The position numbers and the translations under genes were made by a program. This document shows positions 1 through 7,723 of a stretch of 64,000 bases of DNA, in pieces. Every line of letters starts with the position of its first letter. Position 1 is the first letter of the stretch. Source of the stretch: an uncultured delta proteobacterium (GTDB lineage: Bacteria > Desulfobacterota > GWC2-55-46); NCBI GenBank assembly GCA_963727865.1, contig CAVSHY010000024.1, positions 108,844 to 172,843 of the forward strand, read 5' to 3'. Below the pieces are notes generated by a model that saw nothing but the letters and a program-made list of their open reading frames with translations, had not been told where the DNA came from and did not search any database.

Positions 1-32
1 ATAGTTGCGGAAGGGACCTCCCGAAGGGCACT

Positions 33-290
33 TTGAAGTATATCGTAGAGATAAGAATCTTCGCGGACTTCGACGGCTGTCTGGAAGAGTACGACGGGGA
101 GCTCGATGAGGGCTTAAATGAGCTTCTGGACGCCATGGAAAACGCGGACATGAAGACCCTTGAAGAAGACGTATCAAAAGAATTAATATACATACTTTGC
201 AAAAATTGCAGGGACAAGTTCACAAGCGATCCGTTCCAGACAGGAAGGGCGATATTTGAAGGCGAGGACGCCAAGGGGACGGTACATTAA
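33..290 (+). CDS. hypothetical acidic protein with a C-terminal CxxC; possibly truncated at the 5' end by the window edge
   Basis: 85-aa ORF with a TTG start. The same frame has no stop between nt 3 and 33. No family recognised. Confidence 0.3.
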   Translation: MKYIVEIRIFADFDGCLEEYDGELDEGLNELLDAMENADMKTLEEDVSKELIYILCKNCRDKFTSDPFQTGRAIFEGEDAKGTVH

Positions 291-384
291 TTCCCTCATG
301 AACAGGGGAAAGTCCCTGTAAATCCAAACATTCTGATTCAGCGGCGACGTAAAATCTGAAGACTATTCTTCGAGCATTCAAACT

Positions 385-1119
385 ATGCGCTACGCTGTAA
401 TCTCGGATATCCACTCGAACCTCGAGTCCCTCACCGCTTTTTTCAAAAAAATCGATACATTGGATGTTGATAAGATAATCTGTCTGGGCGATATCGTAGG
501 ATACAACGCCAACCCGAACGAATGTATCGATTTGATAAGGAAAAGAGGGGTTTTATGCATAATGGGGAACCACGACTCGAGGGCCGCGGGGCTCGAAGAG
601 CCGGCGGACATGAACCTCCTGGCGGCAAACGCCGTTCTATGGACCCGGACAATTCTTACTGAAGAGAACAGGGAATTTCTGAAAAACCTTCCGCGCTCCA
701 TCCTTGAAGATAAGAAGTTCCTCGCCGTCCACGGGTGGATAAACGACACGGACGAGTATATTCTCGGCGCGAAAGACGCCCTCAGGAACTTCGAGCTTCT
801 GAAAGAATACGGTAAAATAAACCTCTGTTTTTTCGGGCACACGCACGTTGCCATCTCATATCTTCACGTGGAAGGCTCGGTAGTCCTGAACGTCGATACG
901 GAATTGAAGATAACAAAGGGGATAAGCTACCTGGTGAACCCCGGAGGCCTCGGTCAGCCGAGGGACAGAGACCCGAGCGCCCCGTTCTTAGTCTATGATA
1001 CGAAGAAATCCGGGATAACGTTCTACAGGGTCGAATACGACATACAGGCGACGACAGAAAAGATCATAAAAGCGGGCCTCCCTGAGAGGCTCGCCGAGAG
1101 GTTGAAGCTCGGCTGGTAA
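385..1119 (+). CDS. metallophosphoesterase (calcineurin-like phosphoesterase family)
   Basis: 244 aa. Motifs ISDIHSN, GDIVGY, GNHD and GHTH are visible in the translation. Confidence 0.85.
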   Translation: MRYAVISDIHSNLESLTAFFKKIDTLDVDKIICLGDIVGYNANPNECIDLIRKRGVLCIMGNHDSRAAGLEEPADMNLLAANAVLWTRTILTEENREFLKNLPRSILEDKKFLAVHGWINDTDEYILGAKDALRNFELLKEYGKINLCFFGHTHVAISYLHVEGSVVLNVDTELKITKGISYLVNPGGLGQPRDRDPSAPFLVYDTKKSGITFYRVEYDIQATTEKIIKAGLPERLAERLKLGW

Positions 1120-1356
1120 CGGATTGAACTTTTCTGCCCGTAGTTGCCACCACTTGAGCCGGCCATACTGTAGTATTATCAGGCTAACGTACCTATTTCA
1201 CCTGCCATGTCGCAGTTTAGCGAATTTGCAGAAACTGAGGATTTACAGTTGAAATATGTATATCGGTATAATTAAGCCGTGGGCGTCTGGGAATATGCTC
1301 CATCGAAGTAATAGAGCATTGTATGTCTCCTGCTGTTTCGTGGGTTTTTTTATACC

Positions 1357-1386
1357 TTGACATTCTACGGATTGTAGAATTATACT
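1357..1386 (+). promoter_or_regulatory. sigma70-like promoter for the metal cluster (TTGACA-N18-TATACT)
   Basis: TTGACA at 1357-1362 and TATACT at 1381-1386. The spacer holds a small inverted repeat CTAC..GTAG. It lies 76 nt upstream of the 1462 ATG. Confidence 0.45.
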
Positions 1387-1461
1387 AAGAAAAGCTTTGA
1401 AACGGTAATTTTTTTAATCGAGAAAGTTTAGCAGACTCGCGGGTTATAAAGGAGATTTGGC

Positions 1462-2106
1462 ATGCACGGCGAAGGCATTTCATACGCTTATGGATTCTGG
1501 TCATTAGTCGTTGTCAATGTCATCCTGTTCCTCTTTTTTATTCTGAGTTTTTTAACACCGGTTAAGAAAAGGGAGTGGAGGTCTATGGGGGTCACCATAG
1601 CCTTCATAATCGCCCTCTTTACCGAGATGTACGGCTTCCCGCTGACCATCTACATTCTTACCGCCATACTCAGCAGCCGCTACCCGGCCCTGAACCCCTT
1701 TGCCCACGAGAGCGGGCACCTCTGGGTCACTTTTCTCGGAGGCGGGGCCGTGACTCTAACGGTAATACACATCGTAAGTAACGGCCTCATGGTCGCGGGG
1801 TTTTTCATAATGGCATCAGGGTGGAAGAGAGTGCACGGGGCCAAAGGCGGCCTCGTTACAGAGGGGGTTTATGCATATGTGAGGCATCCCCAGTATTCAG
1901 GGCTTTTTCTCGTTACCATCGGGCTTCTTATCCAGTGGCCTACGATAATCACAATCCTCATGTGGCCGGTTCTAATCACAGCCTATTATAAGCTTTCTAA
2001 AAAGGAGGAAGCGGATATGGGAAAGGAGTTCGGGGAGGCCTATAAAAAATATAAAGAGAGGGTTCCGATGTTCATCCCACGTTTAAGGAGAGAGGGAAGG
2101 GACTAA
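1462..2106 (+). CDS. membrane methyltransferase of the isoprenylcysteine carboxyl methyltransferase / phospholipid methyltransferase type
   Basis: 214 aa with multiple TM segments. It carries the VTEGVYAYVRHPQYSG motif typical of the family and an AAGGAG RBS. Confidence 0.75.
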   Translation: MHGEGISYAYGFWSLVVVNVILFLFFILSFLTPVKKREWRSMGVTIAFIIALFTEMYGFPLTIYILTAILSSRYPALNPFAHESGHLWVTFLGGGAVTLTVIHIVSNGLMVAGFFIMASGWKRVHGAKGGLVTEGVYAYVRHPQYSGLFLVTIGLLIQWPTIITILMWPVLITAYYKLSKKEEADMGKEFGEAYKKYKERVPMFIPRLRREGRD

Positions 2107-2127
2107 AACAGGTGAAGGAGGCTTTTT

Positions 2128-2622
2128 ATGAAGCGGACAATCGTATCAATTTTTGCACTGGTTCTACTTTTTGCGGCCCAGTATTCTTACGGACAGATGG
2201 GAGATATGGAAAAACAGATGAAAGACCATATGGGCGGGATGATGGGGACGGCTGAGAATAAAGAGGCGGGTAAAAAAACTGATTTCACACGGGAAGCCGA
2301 GGCCGCCGGGGTTACCGTGAAAGTTACCTATAAAAACCCTGAAAAGAAAATCCCGGTCTTTAACGTTGCCCTGGAGACCCATTCTGTTGACCTTGATCCG
2401 TACAAATTCGATGAGATTGTGGTTTTGCGCGATGATACCGGTAAGATTTATAACGCTACCCTCGTATCTTCGTCAGGCTCGGGCCACCACAGGGAAGCTA
2501 TTCTTGAATTCAAAGACGCGGAAATTTCAGAAGCGAAATTTCTTGAACTTGTGGTAAAAGGGGTAGCTGGAGTTGATGAGAGAGTATTTAAGTTCGAAGT
2601 TCAAAAAGAGATGATGAAGTAA
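2128..2622 (+). CDS. secreted Met/His-rich protein, putative periplasmic metal-binding protein
   Basis: 164 aa. It has a signal-peptide-like N-terminus, a Met-rich run MGDMEKQMKDHMGGMMG, SGSGHH and an AGGAGG RBS. Family not recognised. Confidence 0.55.
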   Translation: MKRTIVSIFALVLLFAAQYSYGQMGDMEKQMKDHMGGMMGTAENKEAGKKTDFTREAEAAGVTVKVTYKNPEKKIPVFNVALETHSVDLDPYKFDEIVVLRDDTGKIYNATLVSSSGSGHHREAILEFKDAEISEAKFLELVVKGVAGVDERVFKFEVQKEMMK

Positions 2623-2642
2623 AAAACAGAAGGGGTAAAAGT

Positions 2643-2882
2643 ATGGAAAGTTTAGGCCCGATCTTATGGTTTATCATAATAGGCGCTCTCTTTTATTTCA
2701 TGATGAGGATGGGAGGGTGTTGCGGCGGGGGCGGCCACAGCCACGGCAGGGGCTCTGACAAAGGCTGGAGCGAACCGGAACACAGGCACGAAGAGGGTCC
2801 GTCTCATGAGCACGGTAAAGAGCAGGGAGGCGGTCCGGAATCAGATAAAAAAGAACATAAACACGGGAGCGGATGTTGTTGA
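2643..2882 (+). CDS. small single-TM His/Cys-rich protein (DUF2933-like)
   Basis: 79 aa. One TM helix is followed by GGCCGGGGHSHG...HRHEEGPSHEHG...HKHGSGCC. Its position beside a heavy-metal ATPase fits that family. Confidence 0.55.
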   Translation: MESLGPILWFIIIGALFYFMMRMGGCCGGGGHSHGRGSDKGWSEPEHRHEEGPSHEHGKEQGGGPESDKKEHKHGSGCC

Positions 2883-2920
2883 TGCTCTTTATCCTGTAGT
2901 TTAGAATATGGAGGATAGCC

Positions 2921-3190
2921 ATGAAATATCTCGATTGGAAAGTGGTGGGCCTTTCGGCAGGGGCGTTTTTGAGTATTACTTATGTTCTCTGCGTGGCCTA
3001 TGACCTTATATTTCCAGCCCATGCGATGTATGAGGCATGGTACAAACTCCTTCCCGGCTTCAAGTGGCTCACATGGTGGAGCTTCTGTCTGGGCTTTGTG
3101 GAAAGCTTTCTCTACGGTATCTACGCTGGGCTTGTATTCGCGCCCCTGTATAATTTATTCAATATGATGCTCGGCAGCCGCGAAGATTAA
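2921..3190 (+). CDS. small two-TM membrane protein (DUF5676-like, low certainty)
   Basis: 89 aa with two hydrophobic helices, a GGAGG RBS and a conserved-looking C-terminal GLVFAPLYN. Confidence 0.5.
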   Translation: MKYLDWKVVGLSAGAFLSITYVLCVAYDLIFPAHAMYEAWYKLLPGFKWLTWWSFCLGFVESFLYGIYAGLVFAPLYNLFNMMLGSRED

Positions 3191-3302
3191 GGAAGATTTT
3201 ACAATGAAGCAGATTCATAGTAGCTTTAATACTTGGGTACTGCCTCGTATAGTATATCTTCAGATCGGGAAGGCTTTAGCATAAATAAAGGGAGATAATT
3301 GA

Positions 3303-5621
3303 ATGGCGAAAGATCCTGTATGCGGGATGGATGTAGACCCGAAAAAAGCCGTCGGAAAAAGCGCATATAAAGGGCAGGCAGTTTATTTCTGCTCCTTAAA
3401 GTGCAAGGAGCGTTTTGATAAAGACCCTGAAGCCTTTATCTCAAAGGGAGAACCGCAAAAAGTAGAGCCTCATAAAGCTATGATCGCCGCGGAGGCTGGC
3501 GCCCATGAGACCGCCAAGGACCCTATCTGCGGCATGGTCGTCGAAAAAGCAAAATCCCTCAACAAAGAACAGAGCGGAAGGACTTTTTATTTCTGCAGCG
3601 ATGGTTGCTTGAGGACCTTTGTGGCCCCGGAGGAAGAGCTTAAAAAGATGAAAAGGAGGGTCTCAATCGCCTTATTCGGCGTAGTGGCCCTCGCCCTTCT
3701 TAGGGCGGCCTTTTTTCTGGGTTTGGCGGCAGGGGCTACTATCCTTACATGGGCCCCGATACCCCAGCTTCCGTGGTTTACATGGGGGGTCTGGCTCTTT
3801 ATCCTTGTAACCCCTGTTCAGTTCATAGGCGGGTGGAGTTTTTACAAGGGCGCGTATAACGCTATTACGAACCGGATGATAAACATGGACTTTCTCATCG
3901 CCCTGGGCACGACTGTCGCCTATGTATATTCCGTTATAGTCATATTCGCTCCAAACATTCTTCCCGTAAAGGTCGAGCAGAGGGACGTCTACTTCGAGGT
4001 CTCCGCGGTTATCATCGCCTTCGTGCTGCTCGGCAAATACATGGAGGAGATAATAAAGAAAAAATCCTCCGCCGCGGTAAGAAAGCTCCTCGACCTTAAA
4101 CCCCAGACCGCTCACGTTATAAGAGAAGGTATTGAGATGGAAGTCCCGGCTGAATCCGTCCAGGTTGATGACGTCGTTGTAGTCAGGCCCGGAGAGAAGA
4201 TACCCACCGACGGAGTGGTCATCGAGGGTTCGTCGGCCGTGGATGAGAAGATGATAACGGGGGAATCGATCCCCGTAGAAAAGAAAGCGGGGGATGAAGT
4301 TATAGGGGCTACGATAAATAAAGTCGGGATGCTCAGGTTCAAGGCCAGACGGGTCGGCGCCGAGACTACCCTGAGCCAGATCATAAAGATGGTCGAGGAG
4401 GCGCAGGCCTCGTCCGCTCCGATTCAGCGGATAGCCGATAAGGTATCCGGTTATTTCGTCGTAGCCGTCGTTTCGGTAGCCTTTCTCGCCTTTTTCGGAT
4501 GGTGGATAGTTGCGGGTAACTTCCCTCAGGGGCTTTTATCTTTCATTGCGGTGCTTATCATAGCCTGCCCGTGCGCACTTGGTATAGCTACTCCTGCCGC
4601 ATTGATGGTCGGGGTAGGTAAGGGCGCCGAGGCTGGGATATTAATTAGAGGAGGGGAGTATCTGGAGCGGGCGGAAAAACTTACAACCGTTGTCTTCGAT
4701 AAAACCGGTACGCTTACAAAGGGAGAACCGTCGGTTACAAATATTTTAAGCTTCAAGGCAACGGAAGACGAGGCGCTTCTCCTCGCCGCCATATCCGAGA
4801 AAGGTTCCGAGCACCCCCTGGGTGAAGCCATCTTAAAAGCGGCAAAGATGAAAGGCATGGGAATCCCCGACCCTGACTCCTTTGAAGCTGTCCCCGGCAA
4901 GGGCGTAACGGTCGGCTACGGAGGCGAAACCATACTTTTCGGCAATAGAAAACTCATGGAAGCAAATGGCATCTCCATTGGAACCCTTGAAGATAACCTT
5001 AAAACCCTTGAAGAAGAGGGAAAGACGGCGATGATACTCGCAAGAGGTAAAAATGTCATCGGCGTTATCGCCGTTGCCGATACCCTTAAAGAGAGTTCCC
5101 TGGCCGCCGTCTCCGCCCTCGGGAAAGAAGGCGTAGAGGTCATAATGCTCACCGGAGATAATGAAAGGACGGCTAAAGCGATCGCAAGGCAGGTAGGTAT
5201 AGATAATGTCATAGCAAATGTGTTACCCGGAGAGAAGGCTGGGGTTATAAAAGGGCTTCAAGCCACTGGTAAGGTCGTGGCGATGGTTGGCGACGGGATA
5301 AATGACGCGCCCGCGCTTGCCCAGGCGGATATCGGAATCGCCATCGGGAGCGGCTCGGACGTTGCTAAGGAGACTGGAGGCATAATACTCGTAAAAGACG
5401 ACGTCCGGGACGTGGCCGCCGGAATAAGGCTTTCGAGGGCTACGATGAGGAAGATAAAACAGAACCTTTTCTGGGCGTTTATATACAACTCAATAGGCAT
5501 CCCCATAGCGGCCCTCGGTTTCTTGAACCCTATTATCGCCGCCGCGGCGATGGCCTTGAGCTCTCTTTCTGTCGTGGCGAATTCAGCTACACTAAAGGCT
5601 TTAAAGATAGAAGTTAGTTAA
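3303..5621 (+). CDS. copA: copper(I)/silver-translocating P1B-type ATPase with two N-terminal YHS/TRASH domains
   Basis: 772 aa. Two DPxCGM...YFCS..C modules are followed by TGES, CPC in TM6, DKTGTLT, MLTGDN and [14 protein letters not shown] (YN) and MALSS (MxxSS) complete the P1B-1 signature. Confidence 0.9.
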   Translation: MAKDPVCGMDVDPKKAVGKSAYKGQAVYFCSLKCKERFDKDPEAFISKGEPQKVEPHKAMIAAEAGAHETAKDPICGMVVEKAKSLNKEQSGRTFYFCSDGCLRTFVAPEEELKKMKRRVSIALFGVVALALLRAAFFLGLAAGATILTWAPIPQLPWFTWGVWLFILVTPVQFIGGWSFYKGAYNAITNRMINMDFLIALGTTVAYVYSVIVIFAPNILPVKVEQRDVYFEVSAVIIAFVLLGKYMEEIIKKKSSAAVRKLLDLKPQTAHVIREGIEMEVPAESVQVDDVVVVRPGEKIPTDGVVIEGSSAVDEKMITGESIPVEKKAGDEVIGATINKVGMLRFKARRVGAETTLSQIIKMVEEAQASSAPIQRIADKVSGYFVVAVVSVAFLAFFGWWIVAGNFPQGLLSFIAVLIIACPCALGIATPAALMVGVGKGAEAGILIRGGEYLERAEKLTTVVFDKTGTLTKGEPSVTNILSFKATEDEALLLAAISEKGSEHPLGEAILKAAKMKGMGIPDPDSFEAVPGKGVTVGYGGETILFGNRKLMEANGISIGTLEDNLKTLEEEGKTAMILARGKNVIGVIAVADTLKESSLAAVSALGKEGVEVIMLTGDNERTAKAIARQVGIDNVIANVLPGEKAGVIKGLQATGKVVAMVGDGINDAPALAQADIGIAIGSGSDVAKETGGIILVKDDVRDVAAGIRLSRATMRKIKQNLFWAFIYNSIGIPIAALGFLNPIIAAAAMALSSLSVVANSATLKALKIEVS

Positions 5622-5628
5622 ACTGCCG

Positions 5629-6348
5629 ATGCGTAAACTTATCTGGCTCTGCCCGATTATAATGGTAGCCCTTGCCGCGTGGGCATTTAAGTGGTACGGT
5701 TTTTCAATACTGTCGTCCATACTTATAGCTTTGCTTCTCGTCTGTCCGGTGATTATTCTCTGGGGAGTTATCAGGGTATACAAACGTCCGATAGAACTTC
5801 CGGTCGAAAAGCCCCCTCATACCCGCGGCATGTCTCTTGACTGGGCCGCCCCTTTTTATGATTTTTACTGCCCGAAGATAGGGCTGGGGAGGGCCTTCCG
5901 CAGCGAAACTTTGCGCTTAGCGAAACTGAAAAACGGCGAACATGTTCTTGATGTCGGCTGCGGCACCGGGGTCCTGACACGGCTTGCCGCCGAGGCGATA
6001 GGCCCGGAAGGCAGGGCCTTTGGCATAGACCCCGGGGTAAAGATGATAGCCATAGCGAGAAAGAGCGCGAAGCTTGAGGGGAGCAGGGCGGAATTCAGGC
6101 TCGGTGTGATAGAAAACCTGCCCTTTGAGGACAGTAGCTTCGATTGCGTCCTTTCAAGCGCGATGATACACCACCTGCCTCCTGACCTCAAAGTTAAAGG
6201 CCTTTCCGAGGTAAGGCGGGTCTTAAAGCCGGGCGGGCGCCTCGTCGCTGTCGATATCGGCAGGCCTACAAATCCCCTCTGGTGGGCCTTATTATGGCCT
6301 TTACTCTTCTGGCACTATACAAAAGACCATCTCTCCAGGGAGGCTTGA
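5629..6348 (+). CDS. class I SAM-dependent methyltransferase with an N-terminal membrane anchor; the 3' end looks frameshifted
   Basis: 239 aa. Two N-terminal TM helices are followed by VLDVGCGTG and LKPGGRL motifs. The expected C-terminus (..FLQAGFSKVDIV..) continues in the +1 frame to 6439. Confidence 0.75.
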   Translation: MRKLIWLCPIIMVALAAWAFKWYGFSILSSILIALLLVCPVIILWGVIRVYKRPIELPVEKPPHTRGMSLDWAAPFYDFYCPKIGLGRAFRSETLRLAKLKNGEHVLDVGCGTGVLTRLAAEAIGPEGRAFGIDPGVKMIAIARKSAKLEGSRAEFRLGVIENLPFEDSSFDCVLSSAMIHHLPPDLKVKGLSEVRRVLKPGGRLVAVDIGRPTNPLWWALLWPLLFWHYTKDHLSREA

Positions 6349-6455
6349 TAATTATTTTCTTCAGGCAGGGTTCTCAAAAGTCGATATTGTCGGACACTGG
6401 ATGGGGCTTTTAACCTTCTGGCTCGCGTATAAAAAATAAAAAGCTATCCTCTTGC

Positions 6456-6480
6456 GGGTTCAGGGTTATACCCTGAACCC
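6456..6480 (+). terminator. 10-bp perfect hairpin (GGGTTCAGGG-TTATA-CCCTGAACCC) after the methyltransferase
   Basis: The inverted repeat was read directly. No T-run follows, so terminator function is uncertain. Confidence 0.35.
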
Positions 6481-6534
6481 GATATCTCATTCAAAAACGG
6501 CACTTATTTTCAACTCTCTGCTGTAGAGGTCTTT

Positions 6535-6696
6535 GCGCACTGACTGTGCGCTTCGGTATGGGGCTTGGCTCACTACCGCCTCAACCCTCCTCGCTCGCTG
6601 CTTAGGCCGGTTCATCTCGCCCGTCCATGGGCTCGACCATTTGGGCTTTTGCTTCGCAAAAGCATAGTAGGTTGGGTTAGCGGAGCGTAACCCAAC
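6535..6696. other. cluster of three further stable hairpins in the convergent intergenic region
   Basis: The hairpins are GCGCAC-TGACT-GTGCGC (6535-6551), GCTTTTG-CTTCG-CAAAAGC (6645-6663) and GTTGGGTTA-GCGGAGCG-TAACCCAAC (6671-6696). Confidence 0.3.
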
Positions 6697-6715
6697 AGTC
6701 TTAGAAGAACAAAGA

Positions 6716-7713
6716 TTACCCGCCTATCAGGCTCATCGTCCGGCTGCATTTCTTGAAGATATTTTCATTATTTATATTATGCTTCTCGGGTTTCGACATT
6801 ACAGCCTTGAAAAGGAGGTCTTCGATCGCTTCGTCCGGCGACCCGTCCCGAAGGGCTTTCCTTACGTCTATCTCCGTGTCCGAGAAAAGGCACATCCTTA
6901 TCTTGCCGTCCGAGGTAAGCCTCAGACGGTTGCACGAGCCGCAGAAGTGATCCGAGATAGGGCTTATGAAACCGACCTCTCCCGGCGCGTCCTTGAACCT
7001 GTACCGACGCGCGGGCCCTGCCCCGTTTGCCGTGTCCACTACCGGCTCAAGCGGTTCAACGCGCTCGATCATCTCTTTTAATTCTTTCGCGGTTACGCAC
7101 TTGTCCCTCTGCCAGCCTTCGGTTGCGTTAAAGGGCATGTACTCGATGAAACGTATATGGTAGGGCTTTGTCTTCGACATGAGCGCGAACTCCGTTATCT
7201 CGTCGTCGTTAAAGCCCTTTATGACGACCATGTTTATTTTAACCGGGGTCAGCCCTATCCGCTCCGCCTCTTCAAGGCCGTCGAGGACCTCTTTAAGATT
7301 ATCTCCCCTCGTCATCTTTAGGAAACGTTCCCTTTTAAGGGAGTCGAGGCTCACGTTGACCCGCTTGAGCCCGGCCGCTCTTGAGCCTTTCCGGCGAAGT
7401 CCTTTAAAAGAACTCCGTTTGTGGTAAGGCTCAGGTCCTTTAGCCCCTTGAGGGATGAGAGGCTTGTCAGGAATTCTATTATGCCCTTCCTGACAAGGGG
7501 TTCCCCGCCCGTAACCCGTATCTTCGATACGCCGTGGGCGACGGCTATCCGCGCTATCCTTAAAAACTCCTCGTAGCGGAGTATCTCCTTTGACTCGATC
7601 AGCTCTATGCCCTCCGGGGGCATGCAGTAGACGCACCTTAAGTTGCACCTGTCGGTGATCGAAATCCTCAGGTAATCTATCTTCCGTTCGTATGAATCGA
7701 CTAAGTTATCCAT
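6716..7713 (-). CDS. moaA: GTP 3',8-cyclase MoaA (radical SAM), interrupted by an apparent 1-nt frameshift near 7371-7380
   Basis: The N-terminal ORF 7351-7713 has the CNLRCVYC radical-SAM motif and ..TTNGVLLKDFAGKA. The C-terminal ORF 6716-7648 continues with AGLKRVNVSLDSL...FCGSCNRLRLTSDGK... Confidence 0.85.
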
Positions 7714-7723
7714 AAATTTTACC

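Noticed and set aside
6481-6715. Moco riboswitch or 5S-like RNA next to moaA
   Set aside because: The region is 3' of moaA, not in its leader. The short resemblances to 5S rRNA (CCCCATACCGAA, GGTAGTG) are in the wrong order and too short.
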